Shown piece after piece: positions 43,462 to 53,589 of a stretch of 58,120 nucleotides of DNA. Source of the stretch: an uncultured Flavobacteriales bacterium (lineage in GTDB: Bacteria; Bacteroidota; Bacteroidia; Flavobacteriales_D; CAJJDF01). Where the stretch lies: assembly GCA_938009745.1 (NCBI GenBank), contig CALLII010000058.1, forward strand, positions 1-58,120. The letters run 5' to 3'. The translations under genes were made by a program, and so were the position numbers. Below the pieces are notes generated by a model. It did no database searches. It was not told the DNA's origin and worked only from the letters and a program-made list of their open reading frames with translations. Position 1 is the stretch's first letter; each line of letters opens with the position of its first letter.

Positions 43462-44734
43462 TCCCTTCTTTGTAAGTTGCTATTGCTCTTTCTCTTGCCA
43501 TTTTGTGTTCTACCATTGGTTTTGGGAAAATAAGTTCCTGATATTCTGGAGCCCATTTTTGTATGTAAACCATCTTTTTATCAAACTTAGTAAGTTGACT
43601 TTCTGGGTTAAAAACCCTAAAATATGGACTTGCATCACATCCAGTACCTGCAGACCATTGCCAGTTACCATTGTTGGAAGCCAATTCATAATCCAATAGT
43701 TTTTGGGCAAAATATGCTTCTCCCCATTTCCAATCTATAAGTAAGTGTTTGCATAGGAAACTTGCAGTTACCATTCTCACTCGGTTGTGCATGTAACCAG
43801 TTTTGTTTAGTTGTCGCATTCCTGCATCTACCATTGGATATCCAGTTTTTCCTTTACACCATTTTTCGAATTCTTCTTTGTTGTTTCTCCATTTAATTCC
43901 ATCATATTTAGCTCTAAAATTATTGCTAACCACATGTGGAAAGTGGAACAGGATCTGCATAAAAAACTCTCTCCAAATCAACTCACTCAAGAATACGGCA
44001 TCTTTTTTTTCTAGTTTTCTGATTATGCTTCTTACGCTTACTGTTCCAAATCTCAGGTGAGGGCCTAGGTAACTAGTTCCATCTGTTGCAGGGAAATTTC
44101 GAGTTTCTTCGTAATCGTCTAATTGCGATAAATCTATTGGGCGAACTTTAATCGTACTTTCTTCAAAACCCATATCGCTTAAAGAAGGGAAATCAAATTC
44201 TCCCTGTAGACAATTATCAAGATTAAGTTTGTGATCTTGAATCATTGTAGCTTCATCAAAATGTGAAAGCCACTTGTTTTTAAAAGGAGTGTAAACCGTG
44301 TACGGCAATCCATCATCTTTGGTAACTTCTCCTTTTTCGAATATTACTTGGTCTTTGTATGTATGGAAATCAATTCCTTTTTTTGCCAAGTGGTCAGTCA
44401 TGTCTTTGTCTCTATCCAAAGCATATGGCTCGTAATCTCTGTTGGTGTAAATTGCTCCTACTTCATACTCGCTAATAAGCTTATCAATACATTCTTTTGG
44501 TTCCCCATAATAGCCTTTTATTCCTGATTTATTTCCTTTTAATTTAACGTTCATCTCCGAAAGAGTATCGTGAATAAAACTTACACGAGCATCATCTTCA
44601 GGAAGTTCGTCCAGTATTTTTTTATCAAAAATAAATATTGGGAGTACAGGTAAATCACTTTTTAGTGCTTCAGAAAAACCGACATTGTCAGTTAATCTTA
44701 AGTCTCTTCGTATCCAGAATACATTGATTTTCAT
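43451..44734 (-). CDS. Cryptochrome/photolyase family protein (class I CPD photolyase or Cry-DASH-like)
   Basis: VFWIRRDLRLTDN N-terminus. FAD-binding TGYPMVDAGMRQLNKTGYMHNRVRMVTASFL...NNGNWQWSAGTGCDASPYFRVFNP. Confidence 0.9.
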   Translation of the reverse strand: MKINVFWIRRDLRLTDNVGFSEALKSDLPVLPIFIFDKKILDELPEDDARVSFIHDTLSEMNVKLKGNKSGIKGYYGEPKECIDKLISEYEVGAIYTNRDYEPYALDRDKDMTDHLAKKGIDFHTYKDQVIFEKGEVTKDDGLPYTVYTPFKNKWLSHFDEATMIQDHKLNLDNCLQGEFDFPSLSDMGFEESTIKVRPIDLSQLDDYEETRNFPATDGTSYLGPHLRFGTVSVRSIIRKLEKKDAVFLSELIWREFFMQILFHFPHVVSNNFRAKYDGIKWRNNKEEFEKWCKGKTGYPMVDAGMRQLNKTGYMHNRVRMVTASFLCKHLLIDWKWGEAYFAQKLLDYELASNNGNWQWSAGTGCDASPYFRVFNPESQLTKFDKKMVYIQKWAPEYQELIFPKPMVEHKMARERAIATYKEGIEN

Positions 44735-44813
44735 ATATAAAATAGTAGTTTTTTATAGTTACTAAGTTACTTGTATTGTATCAAGTATTCAACTATTATT
44801 AATCTATTTAAAC

Positions 44814-44848
44814 AAAAAAAGTCTGAACCTAAAGCTCAGACTTTTTTA
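44814..44848 (-). terminator. Rho-independent (bidirectional-type) terminator downstream of the crp-family gene
   Basis: gtctgaacctaaagctcagac hairpin flanked by A7 and T6. Confidence 0.7.
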
Positions 44849-44936
44849 TTTGTTTAACCCTATATTGTAAACAATGTACTTTCTCAAAGTCAAATGTAAA
44901 TGGAATATTTCAACCAAACGTTAATAAATGATAACA

Positions 44937-45527
44937 TTATCGTTTACCTGATGCTTGCGAAATAGATTTGCTAAGTGCTTGAGGTGTAATTCCTAAATAG
45001 GAGGCAATCATTTTTTGTGGAACTCTCTGAACTATTCCTGGATACGTTTTAATAAAATCATTATAACGCTCAATTGCAGTTTTACTCATCAAGGAAATTA
45101 TCCTTTTTTGAAGTACTGCATTTCTTCTATGGAGCTTATTTACTTCCTTTAAATGACTATTATTTTTGTCGTCAGATATTAACTGAAATATCTCAGATGA
45201 TATTACTTCAACCTCAGAGTTTTCTATGGCTTGTACAAATAAATCTGAGCCACCAGGAATACTAATTGAGTTAATGTCAGAAATAATCCAGCTTTCTGGA
45301 GCGAACATAAAAATATGTTCTTTTCCATTTTCATCAATAGTATAGCTCTTTAGCAAACCACTTTTTACATAATAGGCTTTAAGATTAGTGTCTCCTTTTC
45401 TTTGTATTATCTCTTTTTTCTTAACTTTTCTTGTTATTATTTTATTCTCAATTGCTTTATAAACATCACTTGTTAAGTCATGTCCGTTACTTATAAAATC
45501 GATAAAAGAGTTTTCTGTAGGGGTCAT
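44937..45527 (-). CDS. Crp/Fnr-family transcriptional regulator
   Basis: cNMP-binding-like beta-roll (QRKGDTNLKAYYVKSGLLKSY) and a C-terminal HTH (QKMIASYLGITPQALSKSI). Confidence 0.85.
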   Translation of the reverse strand: MTPTENSFIDFISNGHDLTSDVYKAIENKIITRKVKKKEIIQRKGDTNLKAYYVKSGLLKSYTIDENGKEHIFMFAPESWIISDINSISIPGGSDLFVQAIENSEVEVISSEIFQLISDDKNNSHLKEVNKLHRRNAVLQKRIISLMSKTAIERYNDFIKTYPGIVQRVPQKMIASYLGITPQALSKSISQASGKR

Positions 45528-45536
45528 TTTTGTTAA

Positions 45537-46697
45537 TTAATAACTCATTTCCACAATATGTTCCACATCATGAGGAGTAAGCTTTCCGTGTTCTCCAATT
45601 GCTGTCCAGCCTCTTTCTGTGAATCGTTTTGCTATTTTTTGTGCAGTACCTTCAAAGTTATCTGTGTAGCTAGATAGAGTAGTGGAGATACCTAAAGATA
45701 AATAGAATTCTTCAATTGCTTCGATACAAGCCTCTGCTTTTTCTTTTTCGTCTCCTTCAGTAATTCCAAATACACGCTCGGCACATTGTGCTAATTTAGC
45801 TTGTTTGCTTTTTAAATTGTATGTGTAATGATTCTTAGTTAAAATGGCTAAAGTTCGCGCATGATCTATTCCATAAAATGCAGTTAATTCATGTCCCATC
45901 ATGTGAATAGCCCAATCTGTAGGGACTCCTTTTTGGATTAGCCCATTTAGCGCCATGGTGCAATTCCACATAAAGTTAGCTGCCGATTTATAATCAGAAG
46001 TATCTTCCATAATCCTTGGAGCAGTCTCGATAATAGAACTTAGTACACTTTCCGATAATCTGTCTTGCAACAAGGCGTCAACAGGGTAAGTCATGTATTG
46101 TTCGAGCACGTGAGTAAATGAATCGGCCAATCCATTGGCAATTTGTCTTTCTGGGATAGAAGTAACAACAGATGGATCTAAAATAGAGAATTGAGGGAAT
46201 AAACCAGGCCCTCCCATTCCAACTTTTTCTTCTGTTTTATCATTGGTAACCACGGCTCCAGAATTCATTTCGCTTCCTGTTGCTGGTAATGTTAGTACAG
46301 TCCCAAAGGGCATTCCTACCTCAGTTCTAATTCTCTTTGCCAAAATATCCCAAGGTTCCTCTCCTTCGTACAAAGCTGCTGATGATAAAAACTTAGTCCC
46401 ATCAATTACAGAACCACCACCAACTGCAAGTAGGTAAGTAATTTTTTCTTTTTTAATTATCTCTAATGCTTTAAGTAAAACATGATATTCAGGATTTGGT
46501 GGAATTCCTCCAAATTCTTGCCATTTATGTCCTTCAAGTGCTGAAGCTACTTGCTCATAAACACCATTTTTCTTTATGCTTCCTCCACCAAATAGTAGGA
46601 GCACACTAGCATCTTTTGGGATTTCGTTTTTTAGTTTGGCTATTTCGCCTTTTCCAAATATTATTTTGGTCGGATTGTATAGTTCGAAGTTGTTCAT
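45537..46697 (-). CDS. Iron-containing (group III) alcohol dehydrogenase, YqhD/butanol dehydrogenase-like
   Basis: LLFGGGS, AVGGGSVIDGTK, and metal-ligand His residues (HVLEQ, HMMGHELT). Confidence 0.9.
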   Translation of the reverse strand: MNNFELYNPTKIIFGKGEIAKLKNEIPKDASVLLLFGGGSIKKNGVYEQVASALEGHKWQEFGGIPPNPEYHVLLKALEIIKKEKITYLLAVGGGSVIDGTKFLSSAALYEGEEPWDILAKRIRTEVGMPFGTVLTLPATGSEMNSGAVVTNDKTEEKVGMGGPGLFPQFSILDPSVVTSIPERQIANGLADSFTHVLEQYMTYPVDALLQDRLSESVLSSIIETAPRIMEDTSDYKSAANFMWNCTMALNGLIQKGVPTDWAIHMMGHELTAFYGIDHARTLAILTKNHYTYNLKSKQAKLAQCAERVFGITEGDEKEKAEACIEAIEEFYLSLGISTTLSSYTDNFEGTAQKIAKRFTERGWTAIGEHGKLTPHDVEHIVEMSY

Positions 46698-46700
46698 TTT

Positions 46701-47735
46701 TTATTTAAATATCTTAATGCCTAATTTAGTTTCAAGGTGTAATTCCAAAATTTGCCCCATAGTATTAAAGTTGAGGAATTGAGGGTTGTTATAATATTTT
46801 GCAAACTCTTTTTTAAGAGTATCTACGTTCTCTTTGGTCGAAATTTTATCTTTCTTCATTCTTCTTAAAAGTGATCTAGTTCTATGCTTATAGGCTAAAT
46901 ATCTTTTTTTCATTGCAACTCTTTCCTGCTTCATGTATTGTTGAGCCATTTGATCTGTAAGGAGCTCTTGTGCCACTTCTACTAAGTGTAAATTGTCTTT
47001 ATAATATTGTGGTAAATACATGTTTTTTCGACCTTCGTAACTCTGTTGGTCAAAGTCCATTGCTCGTAATCTATATTGTACGTTATCAAAATCCTGAGTG
47101 ATTTCTACAACAAAATTGTATGCTCTCATGTCACCTAATAACCTAACAAAACATCTTTCGTTAAATTTTACAAATTCTTTAGCGAATCGAAGTCTATTTT
47201 CAATCTTTACTTTTTTGTTTCTTTTAATGAATTCATCACAAGGAATTCCCACTACATGATCCTCAATTAATGTAGATTTATTTACGAAAAAAGTCACTTT
47301 ATCAGGCGAGAATATCTCTTCTAATTCCAAACCGTAAATTCTAGAAGCATCAGCTTTTTTGACATAAAAATAGTCGTAGTTGTCGTTAATTTCGTTCACA
47401 ATTTTAACCCTAAAAGGTTTAGAATTTCCAAAAGAACAATAATCAATACTTCCAACTTTTACAAAATCCAAAATATCTCCATCTGCTACTAATGTCTGAT
47501 ATATATTTACTAATTCTTCCTGAAAGTATTTTTGTTCAGCAATAGGATAAAGTGCAGAAAACCAGTTTGTGTCTTTGCCGTTTTTATCTGTTATTGGAAT
47601 AAGCTGCTGATAACGAAGTAAATCATCATAAGAAAGTGAAATATCGGCAACTCGAGAGTATTGCTCCAGGTGATCACGAAGAGGAGCTTTTATTTTATAA
47701 ATCGGTTTTTTATACTCAATGTGATTGAATGCCAT
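46701..47735 (-). CDS. Conserved hypothetical protein with RIO/Kdo-kinase-like catalytic-loop motifs
   Basis: 344 aa. YFYVKK (beta3-Lys-like), LLGDMRAYNFVV (compare HGDLxxxNilv) and AMDFDQ (compare IDFxQ) at nt 47046-47135. Basic helical C-terminal tail. The kinase-like reading is an inference. Confidence 0.5.
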   Translation of the reverse strand: MAFNHIEYKKPIYKIKAPLRDHLEQYSRVADISLSYDDLLRYQQLIPITDKNGKDTNWFSALYPIAEQKYFQEELVNIYQTLVADGDILDFVKVGSIDYCSFGNSKPFRVKIVNEINDNYDYFYVKKADASRIYGLELEEIFSPDKVTFFVNKSTLIEDHVVGIPCDEFIKRNKKVKIENRLRFAKEFVKFNERCFVRLLGDMRAYNFVVEITQDFDNVQYRLRAMDFDQQSYEGRKNMYLPQYYKDNLHLVEVAQELLTDQMAQQYMKQERVAMKKRYLAYKHRTRSLLRRMKKDKISTKENVDTLKKEFAKYYNNPQFLNFNTMGQILELHLETKLGIKIFK

Positions 47736-47779
47736 TATTAATGAGGATTGTTTAGTTATCCTTTAAATTACCTAAAATT

Positions 47780-48166
47780 CTAGATAATTGGTAAATTACT
47801 TAAGATTCTTTGCTTAGTGATTTGAACTATTCTTCTATTTACTTCAGATTTGTTTAAGAAATAAAAATCTAATTCTTCTTTGGTGAAAAATCCAATGATT
47901 GAACCAATAAAAGTATTTTTTAAATTTTGATTTTTCTTTAATGAAGTTTCAATGAAAATTTCCTTTTTCTCGTTTGAGATAGATCCCCAATCTTTTGCGT
48001 ATCCTCTTGCGAAATTAGAATAAAATTTAATCAGAAAATTATTCTGAAACTTAATGATAGGTCTAATTGTAATGTTTTGAAACTCTTCAATGTCCGAAAT
48101 TCCTTCGGTAATTTTAGCAGCAGGTATTTCTGGTCTTAGTTTTATTAAATTGCGTCCTCGTTCCAT
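47780..48166 (-). CDS. Hypothetical protein (128 aa)
   Basis: ORF overlapping the methyltransferase stop by 22 nt, on the same strand as its neighbours. No family recognised. Confidence 0.5.
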   Translation of the reverse strand: MERGRNLIKLRPEIPAAKITEGISDIEEFQNITIRPIIKFQNNFLIKFYSNFARGYAKDWGSISNEKKEIFIETSLKKNQNLKNTFIGSIIGFFTKEELDFYFLNKSEVNRRIVQITKQRILSNLPII

Positions 48167-49257
48167 CTTTTGTCTTTATCTGGGTATGCATTAAAACAAG
48201 AGTAAACAATAAATTTATCATTGTCAAATACTACCTTAACCATTTTAAAAATCTTCTCTAAATGAGGTTTGTAGTTTAGGTGAGTATTTGCCACAACCTG
48301 AAACTTACCTTCTGGTTTTAGTTTCTTTTCTGCTGCTCTAAATAATCTTAATGGCAAACTAATATCAATTTCATACTCCACATGAAATGGAGGATTACTT
48401 ACAATATAATCAATTGAATTCGAAGGGATATCTTCCAGATTATTGTTGTGATAAAAATGAACTTTTTCTCCTTTCAAATTTAACTTTGCACTTTCGATAG
48501 CTAATTGCGAATCATCTACTAAATGATATTCTGCATCAGGAAATTGTTTGTGTACTTCTTTGGCTAAAATTCCGTTTCCACAAGCTAAGTCTAAAACTGA
48601 ATTTACTTCCTTTTCAGGTTCTAAATTTTTTATTAAAAACTGTGTAGCGTAATCAATATGATTTGAAGAAAAAACGCCAAAATATTGCTTTATTTCTTCA
48701 TTTTCGAACGGAATAGTATTCAAAAACGTCTTTTTATCTACATTTTTCGGTTTTGATAAAATTAGTAATCTTGCCTTTTTCTTAGATAATGACTGTTCTA
48801 CCACTTCAAAATATTCGCCAGCTATTTCTAGCATTTGTTTAGTGAAGTTTCTAGTCATAAATCCACAAGCAAGAGTTCCTGTTTTGTACATGTTTTGTGC
48901 GTTATGGTTCAAAAACATTTCGAATAAACCTAAAGATTTAGGAATTTTCATCAATCCAAGTTTTGCTTTTTTATCTGCTTTCTTCAACAGTGAAGTAGGG
49001 TGGAGGCAAGTTGCATCTATTTTGTTTGTCTCAAAATTCTCCAGAGAAGATTTTTCTTGGCTCTTTAAATCAGAAGCAAAATAAATAGTTCGAGGTGCTG
49101 AATGAGCTGCTAAGTATCCGAAAGAATCATTGTATATGATTACTGATTCAGGGTCTTTTTCGTTTAAAAAAGAGACTAATAATTCGTCTGCAGCACTCCA
49201 AGCTCTTAGTGAGTTGTTGGTAGATTCTGGTACTCGGTTGATTGTTAATTCAGACAT
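48145..49257 (-). CDS. Class I SAM-dependent methyltransferase, RlmG/RsmC-like rRNA (guanine-N2) methyltransferase
   Basis: Two-domain, 370 aa. VLDLACGNGIL SAM motif and the NPPFH catalytic motif. Confidence 0.8.
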   Translation of the reverse strand: MSELTINRVPESTNNSLRAWSAADELLVSFLNEKDPESVIIYNDSFGYLAAHSAPRTIYFASDLKSQEKSSLENFETNKIDATCLHPTSLLKKADKKAKLGLMKIPKSLGLFEMFLNHNAQNMYKTGTLACGFMTRNFTKQMLEIAGEYFEVVEQSLSKKKARLLILSKPKNVDKKTFLNTIPFENEEIKQYFGVFSSNHIDYATQFLIKNLEPEKEVNSVLDLACGNGILAKEVHKQFPDAEYHLVDDSQLAIESAKLNLKGEKVHFYHNNNLEDIPSNSIDYIVSNPPFHVEYEIDISLPLRLFRAAEKKLKPEGKFQVVANTHLNYKPHLEKIFKMVKVVFDNDKFIVYSCFNAYPDKDKRWNEDAI

Positions 49258-50471
49258 TATTTCATTTTTAGGGTATGTCCCATTTTGTCTCTTTTAGTCT
49301 CTAAGTAACTTTTGTTGTGAGCGTTTGCCTCAATTTCTAAAGCTACATTTTCTACGATTTCTAATCCGTAACCAATAAGTCCAGTTCTTTTTTGAGGATT
49401 GTTGGACATTAACTTCATTTTTGAAACACCTAGTTTTCTTAAAATTTGAGCTCCAATTCCATAATCTCTTTGATCTCCTTTAAAACCTAGTTTTAAATTC
49501 GCTTCTAAAGTATCGTATCCCTCTTCTTGAAGTTTGTATGCTTTCAGTTTATTAAGCAATCCAATTCCTCTTCCTTCTTGGTTCATGTAAAGAATAACTC
49601 CCTTTCCAGCTTCTTCTACCATTTTCATTGCAGTTTGTAATTGTGGTCCACAATCGCATCTGCACGATCCAAAAATGTCTCCAGTCATACAGCTTGAGTG
49701 AACTCTTACTAGTACTGGCTCGTCTTCTTTCCATTCTCCTTTTATTAAGGCTAAATGTTCTTTTCCATCTGTGTTCTGAGAGAAATGAACTAGTTCAAAA
49801 TCTCCATATTCAGTTGGTAGTTTTATTTGAATTTGCTTTTCAACTAAACTCTCATTTTGCAATCTATAAGAAATCAAATCTTCAATAGAAATGATTTTCA
49901 TGTCGTGCTTTTTAGCAATTACCATCAACTCTGGCAATCTAGCCATTGTTCCGTCTTCGTTAAGAATTTCTACTATGATTCCAGCTTCTTCAAAACCAGC
50001 CATTCTTGAAATGTCTACAGCAGCTTCCGTATGTCCTGCTCTTCTCAAAACGCCACCATTTCTTGCTCTTAAAGGAAAAATGTGTCCAGGTTTTCCTAAT
50101 TGATTAGGTTTTGTTTCAGGGTCTATTAATGCTTTAATAGTTTTGTCTCTATCGCTAGCAGAAATTCCTGTTGTACATCCGTTTCCTACTAAATCAACTG
50201 AAATAGTAAATGGTGTTTCGTAATGCGAATTGTTGTTTTGAACCATCAACTCAAGGTTCAATTCTGCACATCTATCTTCTGATAAAGGAGCACAAATTAA
50301 TCCTCGACCATGAGTGGCCATAAAGTTTATTATTTCAGGAGTTGAGTTTCTGGCAGCCGTTAAAAAATCGCCTTCATTTTCTCTATCCTCATCATCCACC
50401 ACAATGATTACCTTTCCAGCTCTTATATCTTCTAGCGCCTCTTCTATGGTATTTAATTTGATATCTTCCAT
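49257..50471 (-). CDS. ribBA: Bifunctional 3,4-dihydroxy-2-butanone-4-phosphate synthase / GTP cyclohydrolase II
   Basis: [17 protein letters not shown] (RibB half), and [17 protein letters not shown], QEGRGIGL (RibA half). The start is chosen at MEDIKLN (50471). Confidence 0.95.
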   Translation of the reverse strand: MEDIKLNTIEEALEDIRAGKVIIVVDDEDRENEGDFLTAARNSTPEIINFMATHGRGLICAPLSEDRCAELNLELMVQNNNSHYETPFTISVDLVGNGCTTGISASDRDKTIKALIDPETKPNQLGKPGHIFPLRARNGGVLRRAGHTEAAVDISRMAGFEEAGIIVEILNEDGTMARLPELMVIAKKHDMKIISIEDLISYRLQNESLVEKQIQIKLPTEYGDFELVHFSQNTDGKEHLALIKGEWKEDEPVLVRVHSSCMTGDIFGSCRCDCGPQLQTAMKMVEEAGKGVILYMNQEGRGIGLLNKLKAYKLQEEGYDTLEANLKLGFKGDQRDYGIGAQILRKLGVSKMKLMSNNPQKRTGLIGYGLEIVENVALEIEANAHNKSYLETKRDKMGHTLKMK

Positions 50472-50670
50472 GTTCTTTTCCAAAATTTGTTTGGTATTGA
50501 TACAACAAAAGTACATTTTTTTTGATTGAATGTTTAGATTCTGTTAATGTTTATAGCCGATTTCGTACTTTAGTTTAAATGCTAATAGAGTTAAATTTTT
50601 ATGCAATTACAATTGTCAATTATTCATTAAAAATTATCTTTGAAGTAAACCATGTATTAAATAACCCATT

Positions 50671-51417
50671 ATGAAATTATTAGAAAACAAATTAGTCTTG
50701 ATTACTGGAGCTTCCAAAGGAATTGGAAAAGGAATTGCAATTAAATGTGCTGAGCAAGGTGCAAACATTGCTTTTACTTATTTATCTTCTCCTGATAAAG
50801 CCAAAGAGGTTGAGAATGAGTTGAATGCAATGGGTATTAAAGCTAAAGGATATCAGTCAGATGCTTCTGATTTTGAGGCAGCACAAAAACTTGCAGAAGA
50901 TGTTATAGCAGAATTTGGTCAGATTGATGCACTGGTAAACAATGCAGGAATTACCAAGGATGGTTTGCTAATGAGAATGACAGAGCAAGATTGGGATGAT
51001 GTATTGAGAATAAACCTAAAGTCTATTTTTAATATGACTAAAGCGGTACAGAAAACAATGTTGAAACAAAGAAAAGGATCGATAATAAATCTAACCTCAG
51101 TTGTAGGAGTAAACGGAAATGCAGGGCAATCTAATTATGCTGCATCTAAAGCTGGAATGATAGGTTTTACAAAGTCCATAGCTAAAGAACTAGGATCAAG
51201 AAACATTAGAAGTAATGCCATTGCACCAGGATTTATTGCTACCGAAATGACCGATAAATTGGACCAAGAAGTAGTTGCCGGTTGGGTTAAAAATATTCCA
51301 TTGAAAAGAGCTGGAACTCCTGATGATGTTGCAGATGTAGTGGTTTTCTTGGCAAGTGACATGAGTTCATATGTATCTGGACAAACAATTCATGTGTGTG
51401 GAGGAATGCTAACATAA
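50671..51417 (+). CDS. fabG: 3-oxoacyl-[ACP] reductase
   Basis: TGASKGIGKGIA, NNAGIT, YAASKAG catalytic triad region. 248 aa. Confidence 0.95.
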   Translation: MKLLENKLVLITGASKGIGKGIAIKCAEQGANIAFTYLSSPDKAKEVENELNAMGIKAKGYQSDASDFEAAQKLAEDVIAEFGQIDALVNNAGITKDGLLMRMTEQDWDDVLRINLKSIFNMTKAVQKTMLKQRKGSIINLTSVVGVNGNAGQSNYAASKAGMIGFTKSIAKELGSRNIRSNAIAPGFIATEMTDKLDQEVVAGWVKNIPLKRAGTPDDVADVVVFLASDMSSYVSGQTIHVCGGMLT

Positions 51418-51446
51418 TAGTAACCGATTAATCAAAAATAAATAAT

Positions 51447-53522
51447 TTGAAATTACTCCTAAATTCTCCCTTGTGGTATGTATTGCTATGTTTATTGATA
51501 GCAGGTTTAGGAGCGTTTTTACTTTACCGTAAAGACCGAAATTTAGCTGAGTTATCTACTTTGTGGAAAAGAGTTTTAGCCGGGTTAAGGTTTCTGAGTT
51601 TGTTTTTTCTTGCGTTTTTATTGTTGGAACCTCTTTTGGAGTATTCTAAAAAAAAGGTAGAGAAGCCAATTATTGTGCTTGCTCATGATAACTCAGAATC
51701 TATGGTGTTTGCCAATGACTCAGTTGTTGTAAAATCACAATTAGAAGAGAGTTTCAATGCATTAAAAGCTAGTTTGTCTACTGATTATGAAGTTGTTTCA
51801 TATTCTATAGGAGATATAGTAAATGAGAATCCAACTTTTGATTTTAAGGATAAACAAACAAACTTATCGGAGTTTTTTACTGAAATACAAAATAGGTATT
51901 ACAATAGAAATCTTGGCGGAATTGTATTAGCCAGTGATGGAATTTACAACAGTGGAGGTAATCCAGTTTTTGAAGCCAAAAAGCTTAAAAATGTTCCTGT
52001 ATTCTCTGTTCAAGTTGGAGATACCACTCCACAAAAAGATTTGTTAATAGAAGAAATTTCTCATAATAGATTAGTATACAAAGGGAATAAATTTCCTGTG
52101 GTTGTTACTGTAAAAGCAGAGCAATTAAATGGAGCTAAAACCAATGTAGTAATATCGAAAAATGGGAAAGTACTGGGTAAAAAACCAATCTCTTTAAATA
52201 ATGATTTGTATTTAACTCAATCGAGTTTTGAGTTAGAAAGTGAAGGAACAGGACTGCAGAAATATGATGTGAGAGTAGAAACGGTTAGTGGAGAATTTAC
52301 AACCACCAATAATTACAAAAGTTTTTATGTAGATGTACTGGAGAGCAAACAGAAGATTTTGATTTTGGCTAATTCCCCACATCCAGATATTAATGCGCTT
52401 AAGTTAGGATTTCAATCTAATGAAAACTATGAAGTAACAACAAGCCTTGTTCAAGATTTTAAGGGTAAAGTAGAAGAATTTAGTTTAGTTGTTTTATATA
52501 ATTTGCCTTCGCAAAATGAAGGACTTTCTTTACTTAAAGACAAAGAAGTTCCAATGCTTTTGGTTGTAGGTAACCAAACAAATGTGAACTCATTTAATAC
52601 GCTTAAAAAAGGTGTTACAATAAATAATTCTAAAGGATATACAGATGCTCAAGGGTATGTTAATACTGATTTTTCTCAATTTACCGTAAGTCCAGGGTTA
52701 GCTTCTTTTGTTAATTCGTTTCCGCCAGTTCAAGTACCTTTTACTCAAAAATATAGTGTAAGTAATTCCACTGAAACAGCTATTTACCAAAGAATAGGTC
52801 CAGTGAAAACTAAATATCCGCTTTTAGCTTTTAATAAAAACGGAACCTACAAAACAGGAATGCTATTAGGAGAAGGAATTTGGAGATGGAGGTTGCAAGA
52901 TTACTCGAGTAATGGATCTTCGGATTTATTTAATGAATTGATTGTACAATCGGCTCAATATTTAGTTTCTAAGGAAGATAAAAGCATGTTTAGAGTCTTT
53001 GGAAAAACGGCCTATTCCGAAAATGAAAAAGTACAATTTGAAGCCGAAGTGTATAACAAGAGTTACGAATTGGTAACTACTTCTGATGTTAAGATGAAGA
53101 TTTATAACGATCAGAAAGAAGAGTTTTCATATACTTTTTCTAAGGTTGGAGATAGCTATAAATTAAATTCAGGTTCATTAAAGCCAGGAAGTTATAGGTA
53201 TGTTGCAACATCAACAAACAAAGGAGAAAAACTTACAAGAACAGGAGAATTTTCGGTAGAAGAATTAAAAGTTGAGCAAAATAATACGGTAGCTAATCAC
53301 CAATTATTATTTAACTTAAGTGATGTAACTGGTGGAGAGGTTCTTTCTATTTCAGGTTTATCATCCCTAGATGAAAAGCTTAAGAAGCAAGAAAACTTAG
53401 TAGATGTTATCTACCAAGAAAAAGATGTAGATGACCTCATTAACATGAAAGTGATTTTCTTTATTCTACTTCTTCTGTTGGGAATAGAATGGTTTGTTAG
53501 AAAGCGAAACGGAGGATATTAA
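51447..53522 (+). CDS. Large membrane-anchored hypothetical protein with a possible vWA/MIDAS-like DxSxS motif
   Basis: TTG start, two N-terminal TM helices, IIVLAHDNSESM (DxSxS) directly after TM2, a long beta-rich ectodomain and a C-terminal TM helix (VIFFILLLLLGIEWF). Confidence 0.55.
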   Translation: MKLLLNSPLWYVLLCLLIAGLGAFLLYRKDRNLAELSTLWKRVLAGLRFLSLFFLAFLLLEPLLEYSKKKVEKPIIVLAHDNSESMVFANDSVVVKSQLEESFNALKASLSTDYEVVSYSIGDIVNENPTFDFKDKQTNLSEFFTEIQNRYYNRNLGGIVLASDGIYNSGGNPVFEAKKLKNVPVFSVQVGDTTPQKDLLIEEISHNRLVYKGNKFPVVVTVKAEQLNGAKTNVVISKNGKVLGKKPISLNNDLYLTQSSFELESEGTGLQKYDVRVETVSGEFTTTNNYKSFYVDVLESKQKILILANSPHPDINALKLGFQSNENYEVTTSLVQDFKGKVEEFSLVVLYNLPSQNEGLSLLKDKEVPMLLVVGNQTNVNSFNTLKKGVTINNSKGYTDAQGYVNTDFSQFTVSPGLASFVNSFPPVQVPFTQKYSVSNSTETAIYQRIGPVKTKYPLLAFNKNGTYKTGMLLGEGIWRWRLQDYSSNGSSDLFNELIVQSAQYLVSKEDKSMFRVFGKTAYSENEKVQFEAEVYNKSYELVTTSDVKMKIYNDQKEEFSYTFSKVGDSYKLNSGSLKPGSYRYVATSTNKGEKLTRTGEFSVEELKVEQNNTVANHQLLFNLSDVTGGEVLSISGLSSLDEKLKKQENLVDVIYQEKDVDDLINMKVIFFILLLLLGIEWFVRKRNGGY

Positions 53523-53537
53523 TTACTTTTCGTAACC

Positions 53538-53569
53538 AAAAAAAGCCCTCAATTTCTTGAGAGCTTTTA
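53538..53569. terminator. Bidirectional terminator between convergent genes
   Basis: agccctcaa-tttc-ttgagagct hairpin (one mismatch) flanked by an A-run and a T-run. Confidence 0.6.
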
Positions 53570-53589
53570 TCAATTAGAATTGTTTTCTT

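Noticed and set aside
50472-50670. Possible FMN riboswitch upstream of ribBA
   Set aside because: The reverse-complemented leader is very AT-rich and lacks the conserved G-rich RFN core segments, such as the GGGTGAAATTCC-like element. I could not fold a five-stem junction by eye. A covariance-model scan would be needed to exclude it fully.
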